Below, piece after piece: positions 7,927 to 14,101 of a stretch of 15,733 nucleotides of DNA. The notes beneath the pieces are model-generated. The model saw only the letters and a list, made by a program, of their open reading frames with translations. It had not been told where the DNA came from and made no database searches. The translations under genes and the position numbers were made by a program. The stretch is from a virus (lineage: Duplodnaviria > Heunggongvirae > Uroviricota > Caudoviricetes), in IMG/VR virus record IMGVR_UViG_3300046674_000485, positions 1 to 15,733 of that record. One strand, 5' to 3'. Every line of letters starts with the position of its first letter. Positions within the stretch are counted from its first letter, which is position 1.

Positions 7927-8192
7927 TGGCCAGCCCTCTGGAGCGACGCGGCGAGCGCCTGCTCGGTGGCCGCCTTCTCGGCAGCCTCGTGCGCCTCGGG
8001 CTGGGCAATGACGCGGGCCACAGCAGTGGCGACGCTCACGATGCACGCAGCCAGGGCGGCGTACGGCTGGCCATCGAGGTAGAAGCCGACACCGGCCTCG
8101 ATACCCGACAGCAGCGCGGCGATGAGCGCCAGACGCACGGTCCAGAGCTGGGTCCAGATCTGTCGTGCGTTGTAGATGAACTGCAGCTGCAT
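7923..8192 (-). CDS. Putative holin with two TM segments
   Basis: FIYNARQIWTQLWTVRLALIAALLSG...AACIVSVATAVARVIAQP resembles the two-TM holins with a W..WSVRL...ARVV.Q pattern; first gene of the lysis cassette. The GAGGG SD spacing favours ATG 8192 over 8198. Confidence 0.75.
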   Translation of the reverse strand: MQLQFIYNARQIWTQLWTVRLALIAALLSGIEAGVGFYLDGQPYAALAACIVSVATAVARVIAQPEAHEAAEKAATEQALAASLQRAGQ

Positions 8193-8220
8193 GGGCATGA
8201 CCCTCGCGTTGAATTCGGAA

Positions 8221-8498
8221 TCCCTCGGCCTCGCGCGCCGCGCTCTATGGCGGTTCGCGTCTGGCCATCAACGGGCGGCGGTGAACGCGATCGCGGTGGC
8301 GGTCAGCCTGTTGCCGGTGCCTGTTGCGGCTTACGACCCCGAGAGGCCAGCGCGGACATCCGTGCAATTGCGATGCGGCTCCTCACCGGCTGTCACCGAA
8401 AGGAGAAGTCCTCGGCATGGGCACTGCGCGCCGGAGCGCCAGGACCAGAGGCCGGGGACGTATTGGGTGGGCTGTCAGCCCGGGGACTCAGTCGTCCC
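8221..8498 (-). ncRNA. Candidate structured RNA in the spacer upstream of the holin
   Basis: No credible ORF; 11-bp long-range helix (8448-8458 with 8221-8232), a GACA-capped hairpin near 8378-8404 and short hairpins at 8470-8498. Folding done by eye only. Confidence 0.35.
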
Positions 8499-8510
8499 AG
8501 CCTTCTCGCA

Positions 8511-8663
8511 TCAGCGGCGCTTGCGGGCCGCCTCGGCGTTGGCGTTCATGCGGGAGGCCGACTCGGTGGCCTCGCGCTCGGTGTCGTGGATCCGCACGTC
8601 GTTGTAGTCGACCGTGTCGAATGTCTTCCAGTAGCCGTTGCTCCATCGCTTCACGTAGCGCAT
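8511..8663 (-). CDS. Small hypothetical protein (50 aa, MRYVKRWSNGYWKTFDTVDY...)
   Basis: Strong GAGGAG SD 5 nt before ATG 8663. Confidence 0.75.
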   Translation of the reverse strand: MRYVKRWSNGYWKTFDTVDYNDVRIHDTEREATESASRMNANAEAARKRR

Positions 8664-8839
8664 TCGATCTCCTCGAGTGAAAGAGCCAGACGCGTCAGAG
8701 GCACCGCAGGAGTGGGCGGTGTGTGCTGCCTCTGCGGCGCTGGTGGCCTGGACTTGCCCGTCCATTGCGCGGGCCGGCTGGGCCTCACCGGCATGGCCCT
8801 GACGGGCGCCGGATCAGTTGCGTGCCGGGTTTGGCGAAG

Positions 8840-9073
8840 TCAGATGTCGCGCAGCTCGAGCGAGTCAACCAGCTCAGCTGCGCGGCCGCTCTCGTACGCG
8901 ACGCCGTAGACCACCTTGCCTGGGTGGAAGTGCACCGAGGTCACCTTGGCCTGCTCGGCCGGGACCGTCTCGAGCCAGCCCTCGGGCCGGCGTTCGAAGG
9001 TCTCTTCGCGCACGACGATCTCGCCGATGGCGTATCGGGACTCGAAGGCGGCAGGGTAGGCGGTGGCGGACAT
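8840..9073 (-). CDS. Small hypothetical protein (77 aa), first ORF of the late operon
   Basis: GGAG SD; alternating beta-strand pattern (YAIGEIVV...AKVTSVHF...GKVVYGV) suggests a small beta-barrel (inference). Confidence 0.7.
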   Translation of the reverse strand: MSATAYPAAFESRYAIGEIVVREETFERRPEGWLETVPAEQAKVTSVHFHPGKVVYGVAYESGRAAELVDSLELRDI

Positions 9074-9089
9074 CGCTGGGGCTCCAATG

Positions 9090-9114
9090 AAAAAGCCACC
9101 GCGGTGGGTGGCTT
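9090..9114 (-). terminator. Intrinsic terminator-like hairpin just upstream of the first late gene
   Basis: Minus strand AAGCCACC-caccgc-GGTGGCTT, with a U5 run (9094-9090) following the GC stem. Confidence 0.6.
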
Positions 9115-9127
9115 CGGAAATTTTGGT

Positions 9128-9212
9128 GGCACCTCTCCTGTCGAAAAGATGCCACTGGCTTTTTGTTCTTGCACCCCGGAGGGTGATCTTGCAATGCCCC
9201 CGGAGGGGTTGC
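9128..9212 (-). promoter_or_regulatory. Structured late leader: two c(UCCG)g hairpins and an 11-bp GACA-capped hairpin
   Basis: Hairpins at 9191-9212, 9172-9185 and 9128-9153; the UNCG/GNRA loops and three G-U pairs work only on the minus-strand RNA. Confidence 0.55.
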
Positions 9213-9222
9213 GGACGGGTGC

Positions 9223-9228
9223 ATTGTA
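9223..9228 (-). promoter_or_regulatory. Possible -10 box (TACAAT) of the late promoter, with no recognisable -35
   Basis: TACAAT lies about 10 nt upstream of the first leader hairpin; the hexamer 17 bp upstream is GGGGAT. Confidence 0.35.
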
Positions 9229-9235
9229 GGCCAGC

Positions 9236-9329
9236 TGTTGGCTGTATCCCCTTGCGCGTGTTGGCGAAAATGACGCAACCACAGAGGGAGATCCCGGGCC
9301 GCCTTGGCTTTTCTGTTGGCCCGCCAACA
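9236..9329. repeat. Clustered TGTTGGC heptamers
   Basis: TGTTGGC at 9236, 9259 and 9314, plus the inverted copy GCCAACA at 9323, forming TGTTGGC-cc-GCCAACA. Confidence 0.6.
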
Positions 9330-9347
9330 CATGGACGGGACCATGCC

Positions 9348-9402
9348 GCAAATTATTTTTGTTGCCTCCTTGCCACGCTGTTGGTTCTTATGCATAATCA
9401 AG
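9348..9402 (+). promoter_or_regulatory. Early promoter/operator copy 1
   Basis: AT-rich tract, TTGCCA (9370-9375), 17 bp, CATAAT (9393-9398); dyad TTGGTT-N9-AATCAA at 9381-9401. Confidence 0.8.
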
Positions 9403-9426
9403 CCTCGCCAACCTACCGGACACCAG

Positions 9427-10218
9427 ATGAAAAACATCCCCGCCCAGATCGCCAGCCTCATCGAGCGCGGCGCCCTCTTCGTCGTGAACCACAGCGGCGG
9501 CAAGGACTCCCAGGCCATGTACCTGCACCTGCGCAGCATCGTGCCGGCGGCCCAGCTGGTGATCGTCCACGCCGACCTGGGCGAGGTCGAGTGGAAGGGT
9601 GCCGTGGAGCACATCAACGACACCACCTTCGGCGAGCCGCTGCACGTGTGCCGCTCGCGCCGCGGCCTGCTCCAGATGATCGAGGAGCGCGGCATGTTCC
9701 CCTCGCCCACCCTGCGCCAGTGCACGAGCGACCTCAAGCGCGGCCCCATCGAGCGCACCATCCGCGGCATCTCGAAGGACACCGGCAAGCTGCTGATCGT
9801 GAACTGCATGGGCATGCGCGCCGAGGAGAGCTCGAGCCGCGCCAAGCTGGCCACCCTGAAGCTGTCGAACAAGAACTCGGTCGCCGGCCGCGAGTGGTAC
9901 GACTGGCTGCCGATCCATGACTGGCTCGTCGGCGACGTGTTCCTGGCCATCAAGGAAGCCGGCCAGGAGCCGCACCCGATCTACGCCAAGGGCATGAGCC
10001 GCTTCAGCTGCTGCTTCTGCGTGATGGCCAGCGAGCACGACCTCCGCACGGCGGCCACCCTGAACCCCAAGCTGTACGCCCGCTACGTCGGCCTGGAGCG
10101 CTCCACCGGCCAAGTGATGCTGATGCCCCGCAAGGGCGTGCGCCGCACCCTGGAAGAGGTCACCGGCGTCCAGGCTGACATGTCCCTGCTCGAGGACAGC
10201 GCGCTCTCTTTGGCCTGA
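9427..10218 (+). CDS. PP-loop protein of the PAPS-reductase/DndC superfamily (263 aa)
   Basis: NHSGGKDS PP-loop, VHADLG, QCTSDLKRGP, GMRAEESSSR, WLPIHDW and RFSCCFC; no C-terminal ECGLH motif. ATG 9427 follows promoter 1, so the 9304 start in the track is unlikely. Confidence 0.9.
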   Translation: MKNIPAQIASLIERGALFVVNHSGGKDSQAMYLHLRSIVPAAQLVIVHADLGEVEWKGAVEHINDTTFGEPLHVCRSRRGLLQMIEERGMFPSPTLRQCTSDLKRGPIERTIRGISKDTGKLLIVNCMGMRAEESSSRAKLATLKLSNKNSVAGREWYDWLPIHDWLVGDVFLAIKEAGQEPHPIYAKGMSRFSCCFCVMASEHDLRTAATLNPKLYARYVGLERSTGQVMLMPRKGVRRTLEEVTGVQADMSLLEDSALSLA

Positions 10219-10223
10219 GCTGC

Positions 10224-10278
10224 CAACTATTTGTTGTTTGCCTTATTGCATGTCTGTTGATTCTTGTGCATAATCAAG
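10224..10278 (+). promoter_or_regulatory. Early promoter/operator copy 2
   Basis: TTGCAT (10246-10251), 17 bp, CATAAT (10269-10274); TTGATT-N9-AATCAA at 10257-10277; T-rich upstream tract. Confidence 0.82.
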
Positions 10279-10319
10279 GCTCAGCTTCACCGATCCCCTC
10301 CACTCACCAAGGACTCACC

Positions 10320-10625
10320 ATGTTCCACACCCCCGCCCACAAGCAGCCCGCCGCCCTGGTCGTCGCCCGCGCCTTCGCCGCGATCCCGGTCGTCGAGATC
10401 GAGAAGCGCGCCACGTTCTTCGCTGTCATGACCGACGACGTGGGCAGCTCGGCCCAGATCGCGGCGGACGGCTACACCCCGGAGCGCGGCGCCGGCGTCT
10501 GCATGACCCGCGAGGAGGCAGAGAAGCGCGGCGCAGCCTACGTGGCGCGCGGCCCGATCACCCTGCACCGCCGCACTGTCCCGCGTGCTTTCAAGATCGT
10601 CGAAGGCACGACGCCCGTGCACTGA
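10320..10625 (+). CDS. Hypothetical early protein (101 aa)
   Basis: AAGGA SD, ATG 10320, downstream of promoter 2. Confidence 0.75.
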   Translation: MFHTPAHKQPAALVVARAFAAIPVVEIEKRATFFAVMTDDVGSSAQIAADGYTPERGAGVCMTREEAEKRGAAYVARGPITLHRRTVPRAFKIVEGTTPVH

Positions 10626-10629
10626 GCCT

Positions 10630-10671
10630 GAGTCCACCGTTGAGCCGGACACGCGGCTCACCAGTGCATTC
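10630..10671 (+). repeat. Conserved intergenic stem-loop element, copy A
   Basis: GAGTcCACCGTT-[GAGCCG gacacg CGGCTC]-ACCAGTGcATTC. Confidence 0.75.
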
Positions 10672-10696
10672 CGTCCAACAACCCCAGGAGCCCAGC

Positions 10697-11107
10697 ATGC
10701 CCGTCATCAGCACCGCCAACTTCACCGTCACCCTGCCGAGCGGCCACAAGGCCGTCTACGCCATCGAGCCGGGCCACGTGGCCAAGGTCGCCGGCCCCGA
10801 TGCCAACCGCAAGGCCATCGACTACGGCACCCAGGTCGCGCACCAGCTGGGCCACAGCTGGTACAAGGCCGGCGGCTGGGACGAGATCACCGATCTGCGC
10901 CAGATCGCGGCGCTCGAGCGCTGCCCCGATGCCCAGCGCGTCGAGGACACCCACGCCGCCAACCGCGTGCGCCGCGCCAACCAGTACGGCTACGAAGCCG
11001 GCGCCGGCTGGGGCGCCTCCACGGCCCGCAACCCCTACGCCGAAGGCTGCCAGGAGGCGGCCGCCTGGGACGCCGGCTTCGCGCAGGCCGGGCGCGCGCC
11101 CCTCTGA
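10697..11107 (+). CDS. Early protein (136 aa) with C-terminal Rmf-like motif
   Basis: CCCAGGAG SD; C-terminus ANQYGYEAGAGWGASTARNPYAEGCQEAAAWDAGF. Confidence 0.8.
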   Translation: MPVISTANFTVTLPSGHKAVYAIEPGHVAKVAGPDANRKAIDYGTQVAHQLGHSWYKAGGWDEITDLRQIAALERCPDAQRVEDTHAANRVRRANQYGYEAGAGWGASTARNPYAEGCQEAAAWDAGFAQAGRAPL

Positions 11108-11111
11108 GACT

Positions 11112-11152
11112 GAGTCCACCGTTCTGCCGGACTGCGGCAGACCAGTGAATTC
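11112..11152 (+). repeat. Conserved intergenic stem-loop element, copy B
   Basis: GAGTcCACCGTT-[CTGCCG gactg CGGCAG]-ACCAGTGaATTC. Confidence 0.75.
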
Positions 11153-11177
11153 CGTTCAACCACCCAGGAGCTCGACC

Positions 11178-11609
11178 ATGACTGTCACCTGCGCCCTCGA
11201 CAACCCCACCCGGCAGCCCGGCGCCCTGGCGCTCGAGGTCCGCTCCATGAAGCTGGCAGCCCAGGAGCGCGGCGCCATCGGCCGCATCTTCGGCGGCCTG
11301 CTGGTCGAGGCCTGCCAGCGCGACAGCGGCCGCGTGACCTGGGCGGTCGAAGGCAAGCGCGCCTCCATGCACGACGCCGAGCAGGCCGTCATCAACCACA
11401 TGACCACCTTCCGCGCGTTCAAGGACGTCGCCCTGGGCGAGCGCTTCGTCTTCGCCGAGCAGACCGACTTCTCGCTGGGCAAGACCTTCGTCAAGGTCGG
11501 CCCGCGCAGCTACGAGGAGGCGATCCACGGCATGGCCTCTGTGGCCGCCGGCCGGTTCATCCGCCGCCATCAGGTCGGCACCATCAGCATCGCCACCCTC
11601 CCCGTCTGA
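11178..11609 (+). CDS. Hypothetical early protein (143 aa)
   Basis: CCCAGGAG SD, ATG 11178; high GC3. Confidence 0.8.
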   Translation: MTVTCALDNPTRQPGALALEVRSMKLAAQERGAIGRIFGGLLVEACQRDSGRVTWAVEGKRASMHDAEQAVINHMTTFRAFKDVALGERFVFAEQTDFSLGKTFVKVGPRSYEEAIHGMASVAAGRFIRRHQVGTISIATLPV

Positions 11610-11632
11610 CCCATCAACCCCAGGAGCTCACC

Positions 11633-12088
11633 ATGGCAATCTTCCACCTGTTCACCGTCCACCTCGATGAATACGCGGACCACGAAGTACCGCAGGTTCG
11701 CATCGGCGACTACATCGTCCAGGCCAAGAGCATGGCTGCAGCAGTCACCGAGCTCCGCTTCGACTACGGCAAGGTCGACACGGCCAGCGAGATCTGGGGC
11801 TACCGCCGCACGAGCGCCACCTCGGTCCTGGCGTCGCCCAGCAACGTGCGCGACCGCCGCGAGAGCCTGCACCAGCACCAGCACTGGGCCCGCGTCCAGG
11901 GCGTCTACAAGCTGGTCCACCAGGGTGCGAAGAGCCTCGACCAGCTGAAGGACGAGCACTTCGCCAAGCGCTACCCGCAGCACGCCGCCGCCGACCGCGC
12001 CATTGCCGCCGGCGCCACCCCTGGCGACTCGGTGCCGGGCGTCAGCACTCGCGACCTCGTCGAGGCCCAGGCCAGGGCCCGCGCCTGA
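11633..12088 (+). CDS. Hypothetical early protein (151 aa)
   Basis: CCCCAGGAG SD; high GC3. Confidence 0.8.
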   Translation: MAIFHLFTVHLDEYADHEVPQVRIGDYIVQAKSMAAAVTELRFDYGKVDTASEIWGYRRTSATSVLASPSNVRDRRESLHQHQHWARVQGVYKLVHQGAKSLDQLKDEHFAKRYPQHAAADRAIAAGATPGDSVPGVSTRDLVEAQARARA

Positions 12089-12112
12089 TCCACCCACCCC
12101 AGGAGTCCAGCC

Positions 12113-12619
12113 ATGACCGCCACCCACGCCGACTGCCCGCAGTGCGACCCGCTCCACCCGGAGCTGGACGAGAGCGGCCGCGCCTACACCTGCTACTTCT
12201 GCTGCGACACCGGCCGCGTCGATGCCGCCGTGGCTGCCGCCTGCCACCGCGCCCAGGACGATGAGCTCGAGCGGTTCCGCCCGGCCATCCTGGGCGTCTT
12301 CCCGAAGCGCGCGCCGGCCACGTACAGCTCCGACGGCGAGCGCTGCGAGGCTGACGCCTACGACGGCCTGGAGCCCGTGATCTGCTCCTCCTGCGACGGC
12401 CAAGGCCGCACCCAGCCCGTCGGCCCCCAGGACGAGACGCAGCGCTGCTCCGCCTGCCGCGGCGATGGCGTCACCCACGAGCCGATCCAGTACCAGCCGG
12501 GCCACCGCCTCTTCACCGGCCTGGGCGAGATCGAGCGCGCCATCCAGGCTGCCCGGTACGTCGCGATCCAGGCCGCCCGCCGTCAGGCGACCGAAGACCT
12601 CGACGAGATCCCGTTCTAA
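12113..12619 (+). CDS. Zinc-finger protein (168 aa) with DnaJ-type CxxCxGxG repeats and an acidic DEIPF tail
   Basis: CPQC...CYFCCDTG and CSSCDGQG...CSACRGDG; ends EDLDEIPF; CCCCAGGAG SD. Confidence 0.82.
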   Translation: MTATHADCPQCDPLHPELDESGRAYTCYFCCDTGRVDAAVAAACHRAQDDELERFRPAILGVFPKRAPATYSSDGERCEADAYDGLEPVICSSCDGQGRTQPVGPQDETQRCSACRGDGVTHEPIQYQPGHRLFTGLGEIERAIQAARYVAIQAARRQATEDLDEIPF

Positions 12620-12671
12620 CTTTTTTTTGTTGGCGCTGTTGCTCCGGTGTTGATTCTTGTGCATAATCAAG
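12617..12671 (+). promoter_or_regulatory. Early promoter/operator copy 3
   Basis: T8 tract, TTGCTC (12639-12644), 17 bp, CATAAT (12662-12667); TTGATT-N9-AATCAA at 12650-12670. Confidence 0.82.
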
Positions 12672-12697
12672 GCTCACCTCAACAACCGGAGATCAGC

Positions 12698-12940
12698 ATG
12701 GCAAGAAAGACCGACGACGAGCTGGCAGTGGGCCGCGAGATCCGCCGCGGCAAGGCCGAGGCCCGCGCCGTCGACAAGCTGGATGCCCAGCTCGACGCGG
12801 CCGACGCCCTCATCGGCAAGCTGGTGCGCGAGGGCCGCACGGTCCTCTACATCAACCTGCTGCCCCTGCACCGCGGCAAGACCCTCGAGGGCTCGCGCCA
12901 GGAGCTCATCTCCTACCTGATCCGCAACCGCTACATCTGA
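12698..12940 (+). CDS. Hypothetical early protein (80 aa)
   Basis: GGAG SD, ATG 12698, after promoter 3. Confidence 0.8.
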   Translation: MARKTDDELAVGREIRRGKAEARAVDKLDAQLDAADALIGKLVREGRTVLYINLLPLHRGKTLEGSRQELISYLIRNRYI

Positions 12941-12959
12941 CCACCCCAGGAGCCCGCCC

Positions 12960-13307
12960 ATGACCACGCCCTACGCCCTCTCGCTGCGCAAGACCAGCAA
13001 GTACGTCGACAGCTACCGCCACCTCGACCGCGAGGAGTTCGTCTGCAGCGTCAAGCTGACCACGCCGACCATGCTGCGCGCGCCAGAGGACTTCGACGAC
13101 GGCGGCCAGTACGTGCGCTTCGGCCGCATCCCCGCAGGCGCGAGCCGCAAGGACCGCCGCGACATCGTCCAGGCCGCCAGGGACACGTTCTCTCACTGGG
13201 GCTGCTCCCACCAGCACGACTGCTGCGGCTGCCAGCTGGTGCGCGCCGATGCCACGCTGCGCGGCCGCACGCTGCGCATCACCACAAGCGTCAGCTTCAA
13301 CTACTAG
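12960..13307 (+). CDS. Hypothetical protein (115 aa) with CSHQHDCCGC metal-binding-like motif
   Basis: CCCCAGGAG SD; Cys/His cluster at 13203-13232. Confidence 0.8.
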   Translation: MTTPYALSLRKTSKYVDSYRHLDREEFVCSVKLTTPTMLRAPEDFDDGGQYVRFGRIPAGASRKDRRDIVQAARDTFSHWGCSHQHDCCGCQLVRADATLRGRTLRITTSVSFNY

Positions 13308-13326
13308 CCCGCCCAGGAAGGCCACC

Positions 13327-13575
13327 ATGATCAAGTCGAAGACCGCCCTGATCGCCGCCATGAAGGCGCGCCCCGGCTGCCGGATCTGCGGGCACATGGG
13401 CGCCCGTCCGGCGGCGCCCTGGCGCTACGAGCTGCAGGCCGCGGACGGCGCCCTGGTCGACCGCGTGTCCAGCGTGGCCGTCGATGCGATGCACAAGGCC
13501 GACAGCCTCTACACCGTGCACTCGAGCTGGCAGTACGGCGTCTACCGCCTGCGCGCCCGCGTCCGCAACGCCTGA
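13327..13575 (+). CDS. Hypothetical early protein (82 aa)
   Basis: AGGAAGG SD, ATG 13327. Confidence 0.7.
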   Translation: MIKSKTALIAAMKARPGCRICGHMGARPAAPWRYELQAADGALVDRVSSVAVDAMHKADSLYTVHSSWQYGVYRLRARVRNA

Positions 13576-13591
13576 TCCAAAGGAGATCCAC

Positions 13592-13780
13592 GTGTCCATG
13601 TCCCTACCGTCGGCCGCCATCAGGTCGATCAACAACAACCGGGCCCGGCAGCGCGCGAGCGCTGTCTCGCAGCGCATCAGCGAGGTCTCGCGGATCGCCG
13701 GCGAGCTCGTGGCTAGCACGCCCGGCCTCTCGCGGACGGAGGCCCTGCGGGTCGCCGAGCGATTCATCCCCCACGCCTGA
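13592..13780 (+). CDS. Small basic hypothetical protein (about 62 aa)
   Basis: AGGAG SD 6 nt before GTG 13592 (alternative ATG 13598). Confidence 0.65.
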   Translation: MSMSLPSAAIRSINNNRARQRASAVSQRISEVSRIAGELVASTPGLSRTEALRVAERFIPHA

Positions 13781-13785
13781 CTGCC

Positions 13786-13980
13786 ATGGCAACCCTCAAG
13801 CGCAAGACCCCCGCCCAGGCCAAGGCCCTGAAGGCCTACGAGGCTGCCGAGCGCCAGTACGACCGCTACATGGGCAGCGTGTTCGTCACGACTGTCGGCC
13901 AGCGCCAGGAGGAGGCCAAGGTCACGGCCGCCTACGAGGCCTGCAAGGCCCTGGGCATGACCCACGAGCACGGCCTCTGA
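13786..13980 (+). CDS. Small hypothetical protein (64 aa)
   Basis: ATG 5 nt after the previous stop; high GC3. Confidence 0.7.
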   Translation: MATLKRKTPAQAKALKAYEAAERQYDRYMGSVFVTTVGQRQEEAKVTAAYEACKALGMTHEHGL

Positions 13981-14023
13981 GCCGCAAAACCAGGCTCTAA
14001 TTCGGCGATGCGCTTGGCGCGTC

Positions 14024-14078
14024 AACAAATTTGTTGTTGACCCTATTGCATCTTGGTTGGTTCTTGTGCACAATCAAG
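14024..14078 (+). promoter_or_regulatory. Early promoter/operator copy 4
   Basis: TTGCAT (14046-14051), 17 bp, CACAAT (14069-14074); TTGGTT-N9-AATCAA at 14057-14077. Confidence 0.78.
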
Positions 14079-14101
14079 TCTCAGCAACACAGGAGCAGCA
14101 G

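Noticed and set aside
8190-8198. Dual-start (holin/antiholin) motif Met-Pro-Met
   Set aside because: The extension adds no positive charge, unlike lambda S107, and the GAGGG SD is only 2 nt from the first ATG, so a single start at 8192 is more likely.
8199-8839. tRNA, hammerhead or twister-sister ribozyme in the late spacers
   Set aside because: No cloverleaf with a TTCGA T-loop and no CUGAUGA...GAAA core. GGGCAAGUCC resembles part of twister-sister, but I found no GCUCAU element. A covariance-model scan is needed to exclude these fully.
9427-10218. Calling the PP-loop gene cysH, an auxiliary sulfur-assimilation gene
   Set aside because: The C-terminal ECGLH catalytic motif is absent and the motif pattern is closer to DndC-like proteins.
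14021-14041. GTCAACA...TGTTGAC inverted repeat as a terminator
   Set aside because: The stem is AT-rich with no following U-tract, and it coincides with the UP-like tract of promoter 4.
9381-14077. FNR box resemblance of the TTGAT...ATCAA dyad
   Set aside because: FNR requires TTGAT-N4-ATCAA; here the half-sites are 11 bp apart and two copies read TTGGT.
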